Shown here: piece after piece, positions 29,773 to 38,364 of the stretch
Layout: every line of letters begins with the position of its first letter
How positions within the stretch are numbered: the first letter of the stretch is position 1
Assembly: GCA_944358385.1 (NCBI GenBank)
Contig: CALVQW010000005.1
Coordinates: 486 to 64,485, forward strand
Source: an uncultured Clostridia bacterium
GTDB taxonomy: Bacteria; Bacillota; Clostridia; Christensenellales; CAG-917
Length of the DNA stretch: 64,000 nucleotides
Reading direction: 5' to 3'
Notes under the pieces: generated by a model
Told to the model about the DNA's origin: nothing
What the model saw: the letters and a program-made list of their open reading frames with translations, nothing else
Database searches by the model: none
Program-made: the position numbers and the translations under genes

Positions 29773-30294
29773 ATGAAATTCGGAAAGATCGGACACGTCG
29801 GCATCGTCGTGAGAGACCTCGCCGCGGCAAAGGAGCATTATTCCCGTCTGCTCGGCATCGACAAGTGGTATGAGCTGGTGTATGACACCCCTCTCGACAT
29901 GACCTATCACGGCGAGAAGCGCAACTGCAACGTCACCCTCTATTTCGGCGGCAAGGGACACACGGTCATCGAGCTTATCTACCCGCAGGGGGACGAGAAC
30001 ATCTACACCACGTTCCTCAAAAATCACGGTGAGATGATCCATCACATCGAGTACAACGTCAAGGACCTGGACAAGGCGATCGCGCACGCGGAGAAGGAGG
30101 GGCTGAAAGTGTTGCAGCGGGCGTCCTTCGAGAGCGCGGGTGCGAAGATCAGATATGCCTACGTCGGCAAGAGCGAGGACGACACTGTCATCGAACTCAT
30201 CGAGACGGTGCTGCCCTTCGGGATGCACAAGGGCGACATGCCCTGCGAGGTGCAGCTTGCGGCAATGACGGGCAACTATAAGCGCGTAAAGTGA
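29773..30294 (+). CDS. VOC/glyoxalase family protein (methylmalonyl-CoA epimerase-like)
   Basis: IGHVGIVVRDL, IELIYP, IHHIEYNV, IELIE metal-ligand motifs. Confidence 0.88.
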   Translation: MKFGKIGHVGIVVRDLAAAKEHYSRLLGIDKWYELVYDTPLDMTYHGEKRNCNVTLYFGGKGHTVIELIYPQGDENIYTTFLKNHGEMIHHIEYNVKDLDKAIAHAEKEGLKVLQRASFESAGAKIRYAYVGKSEDDTVIELIETVLPFGMHKGDMPCEVQLAAMTGNYKRVK

Positions 30295-30376
30295 GTTTAC
30301 GCGCACAAAATGCGAAATAAACACGGTGTTTCCGCTATGCGGGCAGCGCGGCGGAAGCGCGGCAAAGGGAGAAAAT

Positions 30377-32461
30377 ATGGAATATAAAATGCTGTTTTCG
30401 CCTATGAAGATAGGCACTTGCGAGATCAAGAACCGCATCGTGATGCCCCCCATGATGATGGGGTTCGGCGCGCCCGACGGCAAGCCCACCGAGATGTTGA
30501 TGGACTACTATGAGGAACGCGCGAAGGGCGGTACCGGTCTCATCCTGACGGAGATCACCCGCGTCAACGACGATCACGGTGCCGCGGCGTTCAACCAGCT
30601 CGCCATGTCGCATGACTATCACATCGAGCCTATGCGTGAGTTCGCGGAGCGCATCCATCGTCACGGGGCGAAGTTCTTTGTGCAGCTGCATCACCCCGGC
30701 AGGCAGAACGTCGGCATCATGGTGCATATGGTCCCGCTCACCAACATGTGCAGCAAGGTGTGCAAGTCCTTCCCCAAGCTCGTCTACAAGATCGCGCCCG
30801 GCATCGGACGCAAGATGGTGGAGAAGGGGTTGGTCTTTGCCTCTCCCGGTCCCTCCAAGTGCGAGCCGAGCAAGGTCGCCGGCGGGCACGTCAGGGCATT
30901 CTCCCACCGCGAGATAAAGAAGCTCATCCGCGAGTTCATCGACGCGGCGGTCAGGTGCAAGAAGGCGGGCGTGGACGGCGTGGAGCTGCATGCCGCGCAC
31001 GGCTATCTCTTGCAGCAGTTCCTCAGCCCCAACACCAACAAGCGCACGGACGAGTACGGCGGCAGCTTCGAGAACAGGCTGCGTTTCATCAAGGAGATCA
31101 TCGAGGGCATCCGCAAGGAGTGCGGCAAGGATTACCCCCTCATCGTCCGCCTTGCCGTCGACGAGTGCTATGACAAGATCGGGCAGCCCGGCAAAGGCTA
31201 CGGTCTCGAGACGGGCGTGAAGTACGCAAAAGCGTTCGAGGCTATGGGCGTGGACGCCATCGACGTCTCCTCCGCCGCCTACGACACCTATAACTATTGG
31301 CTGGAACCCACCTCCTTCGACTGCGGCTGGCGCGCCTATATGGCGGAAGCCGTCAAGAAAGAGGTCAGGATCCCCGTGCTCGCCGCCAACCTCATCCGTT
31401 CCCCCGAACAGGCGGAGGAGCAGCTCGAGCGCGGTGTGCAGGATTTCGTCTCCCTCGGCAGACCTCACATCGCCGATCCCCACTGGGCGGAGAAGGTGCA
31501 GTCCGGGCGCGAGAACGAGGTCAAACGCTGCATCTGCTGCCTCTATTGCATCGAGAGCATGATGGACAACGCCTATTGCGGTCAGCACGGCTGCTGTTCC
31601 GTCAACCCCACCCTCGGCGAAGAGAGACGCTGGGATACGCTCCCCAAGGACGGGAAGGGCAGGACGGTCGCCATCATCGGCGCGGGCGTGGCGGGACTCA
31701 CCGCCGCGGAAGTGCTGGGCAAGCGCGGCTTCAAGCCCGTGGTGTTCGAGAAAGAGAACGTCTGCGGCGGACAGATAACCCTCGCGGATAAAGGACCTAA
31801 AAAGGAAAAGATCGGCTGGTGCGTCGAGGACCTCGAAGTCAATGCCCGCAAACAGGGTGCGGACATCCGCCTCGGCAAAGAGGCTACGGCGGCGGACATC
31901 CTCGCCCTCTCTCCCTGCGCGGTCATCGTTGCAACGGGTGCAGTCGCGGTGCGTCCCAAGTCCATCAAGGGCGCGGACGGCAAAAACGTGTTCACCACCA
32001 CTCAGATCCTGGACGGCTCCGTAAAGCTCGAGGGCAAGAAAGTCGCCGTCATCGGTACGGGCATGACCGGGCTTGAGACGGGCGAGTTGCTCGCGTCCAT
32101 GGGCAACAAGCTCACCTTCGTGGAGATGGCGAAAGAGGTCGCCCCCGGCACCTGGTTCCAGCACCTCGACGACGCTATGCCCAAGCTGGAGAAAGCGGGC
32201 GCGAAGTTCCTGCTGTCCACCAAGCTCGTTGCCATCGACGAGAAAGGCGCGCTGGTCGAGAACGTAAAGACCAAAGAGCAGTCCCGCGTGGACGCGGACG
32301 CCGTCGTCCTCTCCCTCGGCGCACGTCCCGTCAACGGGCTTGCAAAAGAGCTTGAAGGCAAGGTGAAGGACCTCTTCGTCGTCGGCGACGCCGACAAAGT
32401 GGGCAGGATCGCAAACGCCACCGCGGCGGCATACGACGTGGCGATGAACAAGATCAAGTAA
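30377..32461 (+). CDS. NADH:flavin oxidoreductase (Old Yellow Enzyme barrel plus 4Fe-4S and FAD domains)
   Basis: IKNRIVMPPM, QLHHPGR, ELHAAHGYLL.QFLSP..NKRTDEYGG, CICCLYC, two GxGxxG motifs. Confidence 0.93.
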   Translation: MEYKMLFSPMKIGTCEIKNRIVMPPMMMGFGAPDGKPTEMLMDYYEERAKGGTGLILTEITRVNDDHGAAAFNQLAMSHDYHIEPMREFAERIHRHGAKFFVQLHHPGRQNVGIMVHMVPLTNMCSKVCKSFPKLVYKIAPGIGRKMVEKGLVFASPGPSKCEPSKVAGGHVRAFSHREIKKLIREFIDAAVRCKKAGVDGVELHAAHGYLLQQFLSPNTNKRTDEYGGSFENRLRFIKEIIEGIRKECGKDYPLIVRLAVDECYDKIGQPGKGYGLETGVKYAKAFEAMGVDAIDVSSAAYDTYNYWLEPTSFDCGWRAYMAEAVKKEVRIPVLAANLIRSPEQAEEQLERGVQDFVSLGRPHIADPHWAEKVQSGRENEVKRCICCLYCIESMMDNAYCGQHGCCSVNPTLGEERRWDTLPKDGKGRTVAIIGAGVAGLTAAEVLGKRGFKPVVFEKENVCGGQITLADKGPKKEKIGWCVEDLEVNARKQGADIRLGKEATAADILALSPCAVIVATGAVAVRPKSIKGADGKNVFTTTQILDGSVKLEGKKVAVIGTGMTGLETGELLASMGNKLTFVEMAKEVAPGTWFQHLDDAMPKLEKAGAKFLLSTKLVAIDEKGALVENVKTKEQSRVDADAVVLSLGARPVNGLAKELEGKVKDLFVVGDADKVGRIANATAAAYDVAMNKIK

Positions 32462-32567
32462 GCAGACTCCAACCGCCCGCATACTGACGCACGGCACCGC
32501 CCTGCACGGGCGATCCGAGAGAGCAGGGCAGGTCACGCCGTGTGCCGACGCGCACCACACCACACAA

Positions 32568-32593
32568 AAAAACTCCGCCTCGGCGGAGTTTTT
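32568..32593. terminator. bidirectional terminator-like hairpin
   Basis: AAAAACTCCGCC / GGCGGAGTTTTT between convergent units. Confidence 0.75.
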
Positions 32594-32679
32594 CAAATGT
32601 CTGCTTTTTATGGTGCATTGCGATATAAAAGGAACAGCGCATCGGAAATACATTCGGCATATGCGCACGACAAGGCAGT

Positions 32680-32722
32680 CGCTTGCAAAAGTTCTGCGTC
32701 CGCCCATCATCTCACCACCTTT
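32680..32722 (-). pseudogene. third, truncated MGGRG-leader cassette start (repeat copy C)
   Basis: AAAGGTGGTGAGATGATGGGCGGACGCAGAACTTTTGCAAGCG encodes MMGGRRTFAS, after which similarity stops. Confidence 0.8.
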
Positions 32723-33012
32723 CACCAATCCACCCACTCAATTTCCTGTTCGGCTTGCCAAAACGTCTTGCCGTCAAATACGGGCGCTTTGAGGAAGCTT
32801 TCAACGATCTCTTGTTTTCTGTCACAACTGCACGTCTTTGTCCATAACGGACGATTTTGCTTAGGTTCCGGCTCCATTTGTTCAAGTTCCAATGTAAACT
32901 CTTCGTTTTTTACCCATCCTTGGATAAAATATTTTACGCCGCCAAACATAAACCACCGCTCATCGCCGTAATAGAGACCATCGACAAATTCGTTTGCATT
33001 ACCGTTTATCAT
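32722..33012 (-). CDS. putative immunity protein 2
   Basis: Small acidic protein, ATGA-coupled to the upstream toxin-like gene; homologous to 33402-33683 (NEF.D.LY, G..Y.I.G, VES...A..F.GKT...AEQ.IE). Confidence 0.7.
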   Translation of the reverse strand: MINGNANEFVDGLYYGDERWFMFGGVKYFIQGWVKNEEFTLELEQMEPEPKQNRPLWTKTCSCDRKQEIVESFLKAPVFDGKTFWQAEQEIEWVDW

Positions 33013-33389
33013 GATTTGTGCACTCCTTTCAAGTATTTTCGGTATCGTCTTAATTCTTCGTCGGTAAGCCGTCTTGCATCGGTTCTGTCAAATTTTCTGT
33101 TGTATTCATGAACATGCAGTACATTCTCATGCCTGTTCCCGGTCAATTTCGGCTCCGGATGATAAGCTATTTCTTTTACGAGATAACGGTCTTTGTCATA
33201 TATCCGCATTTCATGAAAAGTTCCGTCGGGCTTGAGTTTGATATACGCTCTGTTCGAATGTGCTTCTTCGGGCAAAGAGTGTTTTCCGTCGATACCTTTT
33301 AATACTTTTACACCTTCGATTTTACCGACCGTTTCATAACTGTATGCGACTGTTTTGCCGCTTGCAAAGGTTCCGCGTCCGCCCATCAT
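33009..33389 (-). CDS. MGGRG-leader toxin-like protein 2 (resembles polymorphic toxin type 24, predicted RNase)
   Basis: Basic 126-aa protein; conserved P.E.HS, EI.YH.E and HVHEY; family recalled from memory, not searched. Confidence 0.65.
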   Translation of the reverse strand: MMGGRGTFASGKTVAYSYETVGKIEGVKVLKGIDGKHSLPEEAHSNRAYIKLKPDGTFHEMRIYDKDRYLVKEIAYHPEPKLTGNRHENVLHVHEYNRKFDRTDARRLTDEELRRYRKYLKGVHKS

Positions 33390-33398
33390 CTCACCACC
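33319..33398 (-). repeat. 80-bp cassette-junction repeat, copy B
   Basis: 4 mismatches against 33998-34077. Confidence 0.95.
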
Positions 33399-33401
33399 AA
33401 T

Positions 33402-33683
33402 TTAGCCATACAGCACTTCGATGTCCTGTTCTGCTTCATACAACGTTTTTCCCCCAAAAATCTTAGCATTCGTTAAAGATTCAACGCATTCGTGGCGGTC
33501 AGAAGAAGTATGGCTGAATAAAGTGCGTGACGACATTTCTATCGTATTGACTTCCAGTGTATAAACATTGGTGTCGGGAGAGAAGTAGCCACGAATCATA
33601 TAGCTGACTCCATTGTAAGAAATTTCTTTTTCGGGGTTATGATATAAATCATCTATAAATTCATTCAGATAATTTCCTTTCAT
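33402..33683 (-). CDS. putative immunity protein 1
   Basis: Small acidic protein 1 bp after the toxin-1 stop, AAGGAG RBS; homologous to 32722-33012. Confidence 0.7.
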   Translation of the reverse strand: MKGNYLNEFIDDLYHNPEKEISYNGVSYMIRGYFSPDTNVYTLEVNTIEMSSRTLFSHTSSDRHECVESLTNAKIFGGKTLYEAEQDIEVLYG

Positions 33684-33684
33684 T

Positions 33685-34065
33685 TTATTGTGCTCCTTTA
33701 AAGTATTTTTTGTACATTTCATATTCGCTTGGCTTGATTGCCCGCGCAGGGAGACGAAAATCTATTCCGGGCAAAGAATATTCGTGAACATGGAATACCG
33801 GTTCACCATGTTTGGATATGCCGCTTTCAAAGTGATAACCTATTTCAAAGATGGGCAAATGATTTTTGTCGTATTCTACATATTGACGAAAAACTCCGTT
33901 TTTGCCAAGAATAATATACTTAGTTGAAGAATGTGATTCGGGTGGCATATTATAACTTTTTTTGGGATCTATAGGTCGCAGCACCTTGACGCCCGCTATT
34001 TTACCGACCGTTTCGTAACTGTATGCGACTGATTTGCCGCTTGCAAAAGTTCCGCGTCCGCCCAT
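33685..34065 (-). CDS. MGGRG-leader toxin-like protein 1
   Basis: 27 of the first 29 residues identical to protein 2, remainder divergent with the same His/Glu motifs; TAATG-coupled to DUF4417. Confidence 0.65.
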   Translation of the reverse strand: MGGRGTFASGKSVAYSYETVGKIAGVKVLRPIDPKKSYNMPPESHSSTKYIILGKNGVFRQYVEYDKNHLPIFEIGYHFESGISKHGEPVFHVHEYSLPGIDFRLPARAIKPSEYEMYKKYFKGAQ

Positions 34066-34077
34066 TATCTCACCACC
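33998..34077 (-). repeat. 80-bp cassette-junction repeat, copy A (DUF4417 3' end plus toxin leader)
   Basis: Direct alignment with 33319-33398 and partially with 32680-32722. Confidence 0.95.
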
Positions 34078-34682
34078 TTTCTCGAAGAGAGATAATCTAC
34101 GGGAATGATGTTCCCGCGCATCTCGGCAAACGGTGTGCCGAAACAGATGACCGCCGACGGATCAAGTCTTTCAAGCATGGCGTCATATCCTCGCATAAAG
34201 TTCAGCTTGTTTCGCTTGCAGCCTATCATTCCCACCGCGACGACGGAATTTTGTTCTATGCCGTCGAAACAGAAATCATAAGTGGGCGCAAGCCCCCAAC
34301 TTACAGTGGGGTAGACCGTCAGTCCGTGTGACTGCCAATACGCACCGCACCAACGATTTTTTGCGACATTCTCTATTTGCCTCCACAAAGGCATGTCCGC
34401 ATAGAGAGAGTAGTCCGGTGTGAGAAGAAACCTGTATTGCGAAAATTTGCGCAGACTTCTTTGCGGATTATCGTAAATGTGTTCGAAACGATAGTCATCT
34501 ACAAAGAAGTGTACGCCGCATTCGCGGTTGTGTTCTTCTCTCGATCTCGTGTCGGAAAATGCGATGAGTTTTATGTCGTTCACGATTTGTTGACGTCTGA
34601 CTATCGGCATGTTCCATTTTCCCGCGCAAGGGTACTCATTGCGCAGGAAAGTTTGCTGTTTTCTTGCTTCATCAGTGCGCAT
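34065..34682 (-). CDS. DUF4417 family protein
   Basis: GVHFFVDDYRFE, LTPDYSLYADMP, N..KNRW.GAYWQ..G..V.PTVSW, FCFDG motifs; AAGGAGG RBS. Confidence 0.85.
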   Translation of the reverse strand: MRTDEARKQQTFLRNEYPCAGKWNMPIVRRQQIVNDIKLIAFSDTRSREEHNRECGVHFFVDDYRFEHIYDNPQRSLRKFSQYRFLLTPDYSLYADMPLWRQIENVAKNRWCGAYWQSHGLTVYPTVSWGLAPTYDFCFDGIEQNSVVAVGMIGCKRNKLNFMRGYDAMLERLDPSAVICFGTPFAEMRGNIIPVDYLSSRKVVR

Positions 34683-34739
34683 GTACGGCACCTCCTTATA
34701 AGTATTTGCGCCTTTTCTTGAAAGACAAAAGCAAATATC

Positions 34740-34850
34740 TTGACACATAAGGAGGTTTTAGCTATTCTTAAAGCGGGAACAGGCTATTAAGTAGCTTCAA
34801 CCGATTAACTCCGATACGATTGTTGCCGCAAGCGTGTCGGGGTTTTTCTT
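34740..34850 (+). ncRNA. candidate small RNA unit (promoter, about 75-80 nt transcript, terminator)
   Basis: TTGACA(34740)-17 bp-TATTCT(34763); hairpin CCGATACG/CGTGTCGG followed by GGTTTTTCTT; no ORF. Confidence 0.45.
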
Positions 34851-34862
34851 ATGTGTGAATAT

Positions 34863-35384
34863 TCAATATCTGAGACGTTGTTGCGCGGCCGCAAGAGAAA
34901 CCTGATATTTATCGGTGATTTCTTCGGCGGTCATTCCTTTGGTAGCTTCATAAGGCATCATTACTTCGCCGCATAAAGCTTTTGCCTGCCATTCGGCGGC
35001 ACGATACGCCGGTATCTCGCCGTCGTTGAATTTTCGTGCGATCAACGGCCGGTGTCCTTGCTTGATCAAGAATGCGTGACATATCTCATGTACGATGTGA
35101 CTGCGATAGCCACCGCTTCCACGCAACGCGTGTTGATAAGTTGAATCTTTAATTTTAATGATCATCTTATCATTGGGTAAAAGAGTAGTGGCGGCAGGCA
35201 CATTTTTGGGTAGAGCAGAGTCTTCAAGCACATCACAACGCACGCCGGGAAGAACATCCGGGACGCGATCAAGCATGGAAATCACATCAATGCAGCAGTC
35301 ATTTGAAAAATCAAACATCTTGCGCAATGATTGTGCGTATGAACGTAGCAATATTCGTGACGCAGGTTTACACAAATAATCCAT
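34863..35384 (-). CDS. ImmA/IrrE-family zinc metallopeptidase
   Basis: R.HIVHEICH (HExxH), AEWQAKALCGEVMMP, C-terminal YQVS..AA..RL. Confidence 0.88.
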   Translation of the reverse strand: MDYLCKPASRILLRSYAQSLRKMFDFSNDCCIDVISMLDRVPDVLPGVRCDVLEDSALPKNVPAATTLLPNDKMIIKIKDSTYQHALRGSGGYRSHIVHEICHAFLIKQGHRPLIARKFNDGEIPAYRAAEWQAKALCGEVMMPYEATKGMTAEEITDKYQVSLAAAQQRLRY

Positions 35385-35746
35385 TAGTTCTCCTTTCTGC
35401 TACGCAACAAATCGAGTATGCTGGCAGCAGTAGTTTCATCTAGTTCTTCAAACGAGCGTTGAAATTCTAATGCAACTTCTCGTTTGATGGCACTTTGTTT
35501 GGTCAGGTCGATTTTGGCATGGGTTTTGGAGTGATCCATCGCCTTTTTCAACTCTGATTTCTGTTGAGGTGTGAGGTTGTAATGCGCACTCAATACCTCA
35601 AGCCACTCCTCCGGGATGCTTCTTTTTCCGGATTCAACAGCCGACACGAATGGTAACGAAACATTGAGCAGTTTTGCGGTGTCGAGCATGATCTCGTGGT
35701 GCTTGATCCTCATTATGCGCATATATTCTCCATATTCCGTATACAT
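35384..35746 (-). CDS. XRE-family HTH repressor
   Basis: GEYMRIMRI...L.DTAKLLNVSLPFVSAVESGKRSIP; AGGAGG RBS; TAATG-coupled to ImmA. Confidence 0.9.
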   Translation of the reverse strand: MYTEYGEYMRIMRIKHHEIMLDTAKLLNVSLPFVSAVESGKRSIPEEWLEVLSAHYNLTPQQKSELKKAMDHSKTHAKIDLTKQSAIKREVALEFQRSFEELDETTAASILDLLRSRKEN

Positions 35747-35772
35747 TTGTAAGTCCTCCTTTTTTCAATCGT

Positions 35773-35801
35773 ATATTAGCACATTCATCATGTGCTGTCA
35801 A
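35773..35801 (-). promoter_or_regulatory. sigma70 promoter of the XRE-ImmA operon with a palindromic operator in the spacer
   Basis: Minus strand TTGACA-17 bp-TAATAT (extended TG); AGCACAT-N5-ATGTGCT at 35778-35796. Confidence 0.75.
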
Positions 35802-35930
35802 TATTATTTACAAAAAATGATTAATAATCTTTCCGATATTTGTTTTAGTCTGATGGCAAAACAGAATGCCGCGCGTGGCGATCATCAATTTAATTTTGTG
35901 TGAACAAAATTAGGAGAGAAATCATAATGC

Positions 35931-35961
35931 ACAAAAAAGCGGGTTTAGCCCGCTTTTTTGT
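35931..35961. terminator. terminator of the LOG-family gene (symmetric hairpin)
   Basis: ACAAAAAAGCGGG / CCCGCTTTTTTGT. Confidence 0.8.
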
Positions 35962-36011
35962 ATAGTTTAAGTGTGGGAGTGTGTCGATATTTCGCGGAGG
36001 GCGGCGGGTGG

Positions 36012-36578
36012 TCAGTCGCCGCGCTTTATGCCCGTGTGGGTGTCGGTGTAGAGGTTGAGATATTTCTCCAGGAGGGCGATGGCTTCCTCCGCCGTGTCCA
36101 CGCCGAACACTCTGTCCTCTTCGATGTCGGGGTAACGGTTTCGGTGGTCGAGGCGGGTGTCCGCCACCTTCGCGCTCCAGCCTTCCACGCCGCGGAAGGC
36201 GATCATGAGGCGTTTGAGAGGCCAGGCGTTGGACATCTCTGCGAGGGTGCCTGCGCCGCCGCCTATGGCGATGACCGCGTCGGAGTTTGCGACTATGACA
36301 TTGCGGTAGACGTCAAGTCCCGTTGCTATGACGATGTCCGCCGCTTCGCTCGCCAGCCTGCGGTCAAACATGGGGAGTATGGCGACGGTGTCGCCTTCGC
36401 GGTAAAATTCGGAGGATCTCGCGCCCTCGAACGCCGCTTCCATCACGCCGCCCAGACCGCCCGAAGCCACGCGGTAGCCGTTGTCGATGAGGGCTTTGCC
36501 CATGGAGAAAGCCAGGCGGTACTTCTTGCCGTCCTTTTCGATCTTGCTGTCGCCGATGATAGATATCATTTTGCGCAT
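36012..36578 (-). CDS. LOG/SLOG family protein (TIGR00725-like)
   Basis: SGGLGGVMEA, TVAILP, RNVIV..SDAVIAIGGGAGTLAE. Confidence 0.88.
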   Translation of the reverse strand: MRKMISIIGDSKIEKDGKKYRLAFSMGKALIDNGYRVASGGLGGVMEAAFEGARSSEFYREGDTVAILPMFDRRLASEAADIVIATGLDVYRNVIVANSDAVIAIGGGAGTLAEMSNAWPLKRLMIAFRGVEGWSAKVADTRLDHRNRYPDIEEDRVFGVDTAEEAIALLEKYLNLYTDTHTGIKRGD

Positions 36579-36766
36579 GGTACACCTCTTTGATAATATT
36601 AGCACAGGCGCGCGCGTTGTTCAAGCCTCAACTTGACGCGTCCGTCTCCCGCCTCGCCACGTGCGCGGGCAGGGTATATTTATAATATGCGGCGAAATCA
36701 AAAAAATAGTTGAAAAGTTTACCAATCGGTGTTAAAATTTTCTCAAATCCGATAAGAGGTGGAAAC

Positions 36767-37954
36767 ATGATAGATTATCAGAGCATCCTTAACCCCGTCG
36801 CAAGAGATATGAAGCCTTCCGGCATCAGAAAGTTCTTCGAGATCGCAGCCACCAGAAAGGACTGCATCTCCCTGGGCGTCGGCGAACCCGACTTCATCAC
36901 CCCCCGCGCGTTCAGCCAGGCGGCGATCGACAGCATCCTCGAAGGCAAGACTCAGTACACCGCCAACGCCGGTCTCATGGAATTGCGCAAGGCGATAGGC
37001 AAATATCTCGACGGCTTCATCGGCGTGAGCTACGATCCCGCAAGCGAGATCATCATCACCGTCGGCGCGTCCGAGGCTCTCGACGCCGCGTTCAGAGCGG
37101 TGTGCGCCCCCGGCGACGAGGTGCTCATTCCCGAACCCTGCTTTGTGTGCTACGCCCCCCTCGTCTCCCTCACCGGAGCGACGCCCGTCAGCGTCAAGTG
37201 CTACATCGAGGACGAGTTCAAGCTCAATGTGGAGGAGATCGAGAAGGCGATCACCCCCCGCACCAAAGCCATACTCGTCGCGTTCCCCAACAACCCCACC
37301 GGCGCGGTCATGGAGAAGAGCGACCTCGAAAAACTCGCCCCCGTCATCCTCAAAAACAACCTTGTCGTTTTCTCGGACGAGATCTACGGCGAGCTGGTCT
37401 ACAACGGCGTCAAATTCTGCTCCATCGCCTCTCTCGAAGGCATGAGAGAGCGCACCATCGTCATCAGCGGCTTCTCCAAAGCCTTCGCAATGACGGGCTG
37501 GAGACTGGGCTATATCTGCGCTCCCAAGCCCATCATCGACGTCGTCTACAAGATCCACCAGTACGGCATCATGTGCGCGCCCACCGCGGCACAGTACGCA
37601 GCTCTCGCAGCTCTCAATGCCTCCTTTGAGGACGGCTTTGCAGAGGTCGCCGAGATGAGAGAGAAGTATGACGAACGCCGCAGATACCTTGTGGACAGGC
37701 TCAATGCCATGGGGCTCACCTGCTTTGAGCCCAGAGGCGCGTTCTATGCCTTCCCCTGCGTGAAGTCCACGGGCATGGACGGCGAGGAATTTGCCTACGC
37801 CCTCCTCGAAGCCAAGAACGTTGCCGTCGTCCCCGGCGGAGCGTTCGGCGACAGCGGCAAGGACTTCATCCGCATCTCCTACGCCTATTCCGTCGAAGCC
37901 ATCAAGCGCGCCCTCGACCTCATCGAGGAATTCCTCAACGAGCGCAAGAAGTGA
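36767..37954 (+). CDS. class I/II PLP-dependent aminotransferase
   Basis: SLGVGEPDF, FPNNPTG, SDEIY, GFSKAFAMTGWRLG, GAFY, FIRISYA. Confidence 0.95.
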   Translation: MIDYQSILNPVARDMKPSGIRKFFEIAATRKDCISLGVGEPDFITPRAFSQAAIDSILEGKTQYTANAGLMELRKAIGKYLDGFIGVSYDPASEIIITVGASEALDAAFRAVCAPGDEVLIPEPCFVCYAPLVSLTGATPVSVKCYIEDEFKLNVEEIEKAITPRTKAILVAFPNNPTGAVMEKSDLEKLAPVILKNNLVVFSDEIYGELVYNGVKFCSIASLEGMRERTIVISGFSKAFAMTGWRLGYICAPKPIIDVVYKIHQYGIMCAPTAAQYAALAALNASFEDGFAEVAEMREKYDERRRYLVDRLNAMGLTCFEPRGAFYAFPCVKSTGMDGEEFAYALLEAKNVAVVPGGAFGDSGKDFIRISYAYSVEAIKRALDLIEEFLNERKK

Positions 37955-37997
37955 TCCTTTCGCACGCTTAAACCCCACATTGCGTCAAACCACTCCT

Positions 37998-38029
37998 CAA
38001 AAACGACCGGCACCCGCCGGTCGTTTTTG
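37998..38029 (+). terminator. intrinsic terminator
   Basis: CAAAAACGACCGG / CCGGTCGTTTTTG. Confidence 0.8.
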
Positions 38030-38206
38030 CAATGATCTCCCATTCATCATTCCAGCTCCGGCAGGCTTTTAGCGGCACGGTTTTTGAGGGCAGTACACAC
38101 ATCGACGCAATGCCGCGTCACTTTTCCGGTATTTTTTTTCGCAAATGTCGTGATTCGCTTGTGCAATTCGAGATTTTGCGCTAACATAATTAGGCAACCG
38201 CAACAC

Positions 38207-38283
38207 GGGGCTTTAGCTCAGTTGGCTAGAGTGCCTGTCTGGCAGACAGGAGGTCAGGGGTTCGAATCCCCTAAGCTCCACCA
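38207..38283 (+). tRNA. tRNA-Ala(GGC)
   Basis: Acceptor GGGGCTT/AAGCTCC with G3:U70, anticodon arm CCTGT-CTGGCAG-ACAGG, T-loop GTTCGAATC, encoded CCA. Confidence 0.97.
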
Positions 38284-38284
38284 T

Positions 38285-38321
38285 AAGCAAACAAAATCGA
38301 ATCAGATTTTGTTTGCTTTTT
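38285..38321. terminator. hairpin/terminator after the tRNA
   Basis: AAGCAAACAAAATC / GATTTTGTTTGCTT plus T run. Confidence 0.7.
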
Positions 38322-38364
38322 CTTTTGTCCGCAAAGAGCGTGGGCAGATATAGGATTTTACGGT

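Larger units (their letters stand above)
32680..35930 (-). mobile_element. horizontally acquired AT-richer islet (XRE-ImmA-DUF4417-toxin/immunity array)
   Basis: Abrupt drop in GC and loss of host codon bias relative to both flanks; no integrase visible; boundaries approximate. Confidence 0.65.

Noticed and set aside
38207-38283. Unusual C32/G38 anticodon loop suggesting a recoding tRNA
   Set aside because: A complementary 32-38 pair is a known feature of tRNA-Ala(GGC), and the Ala identity element G3:U70 is intact.
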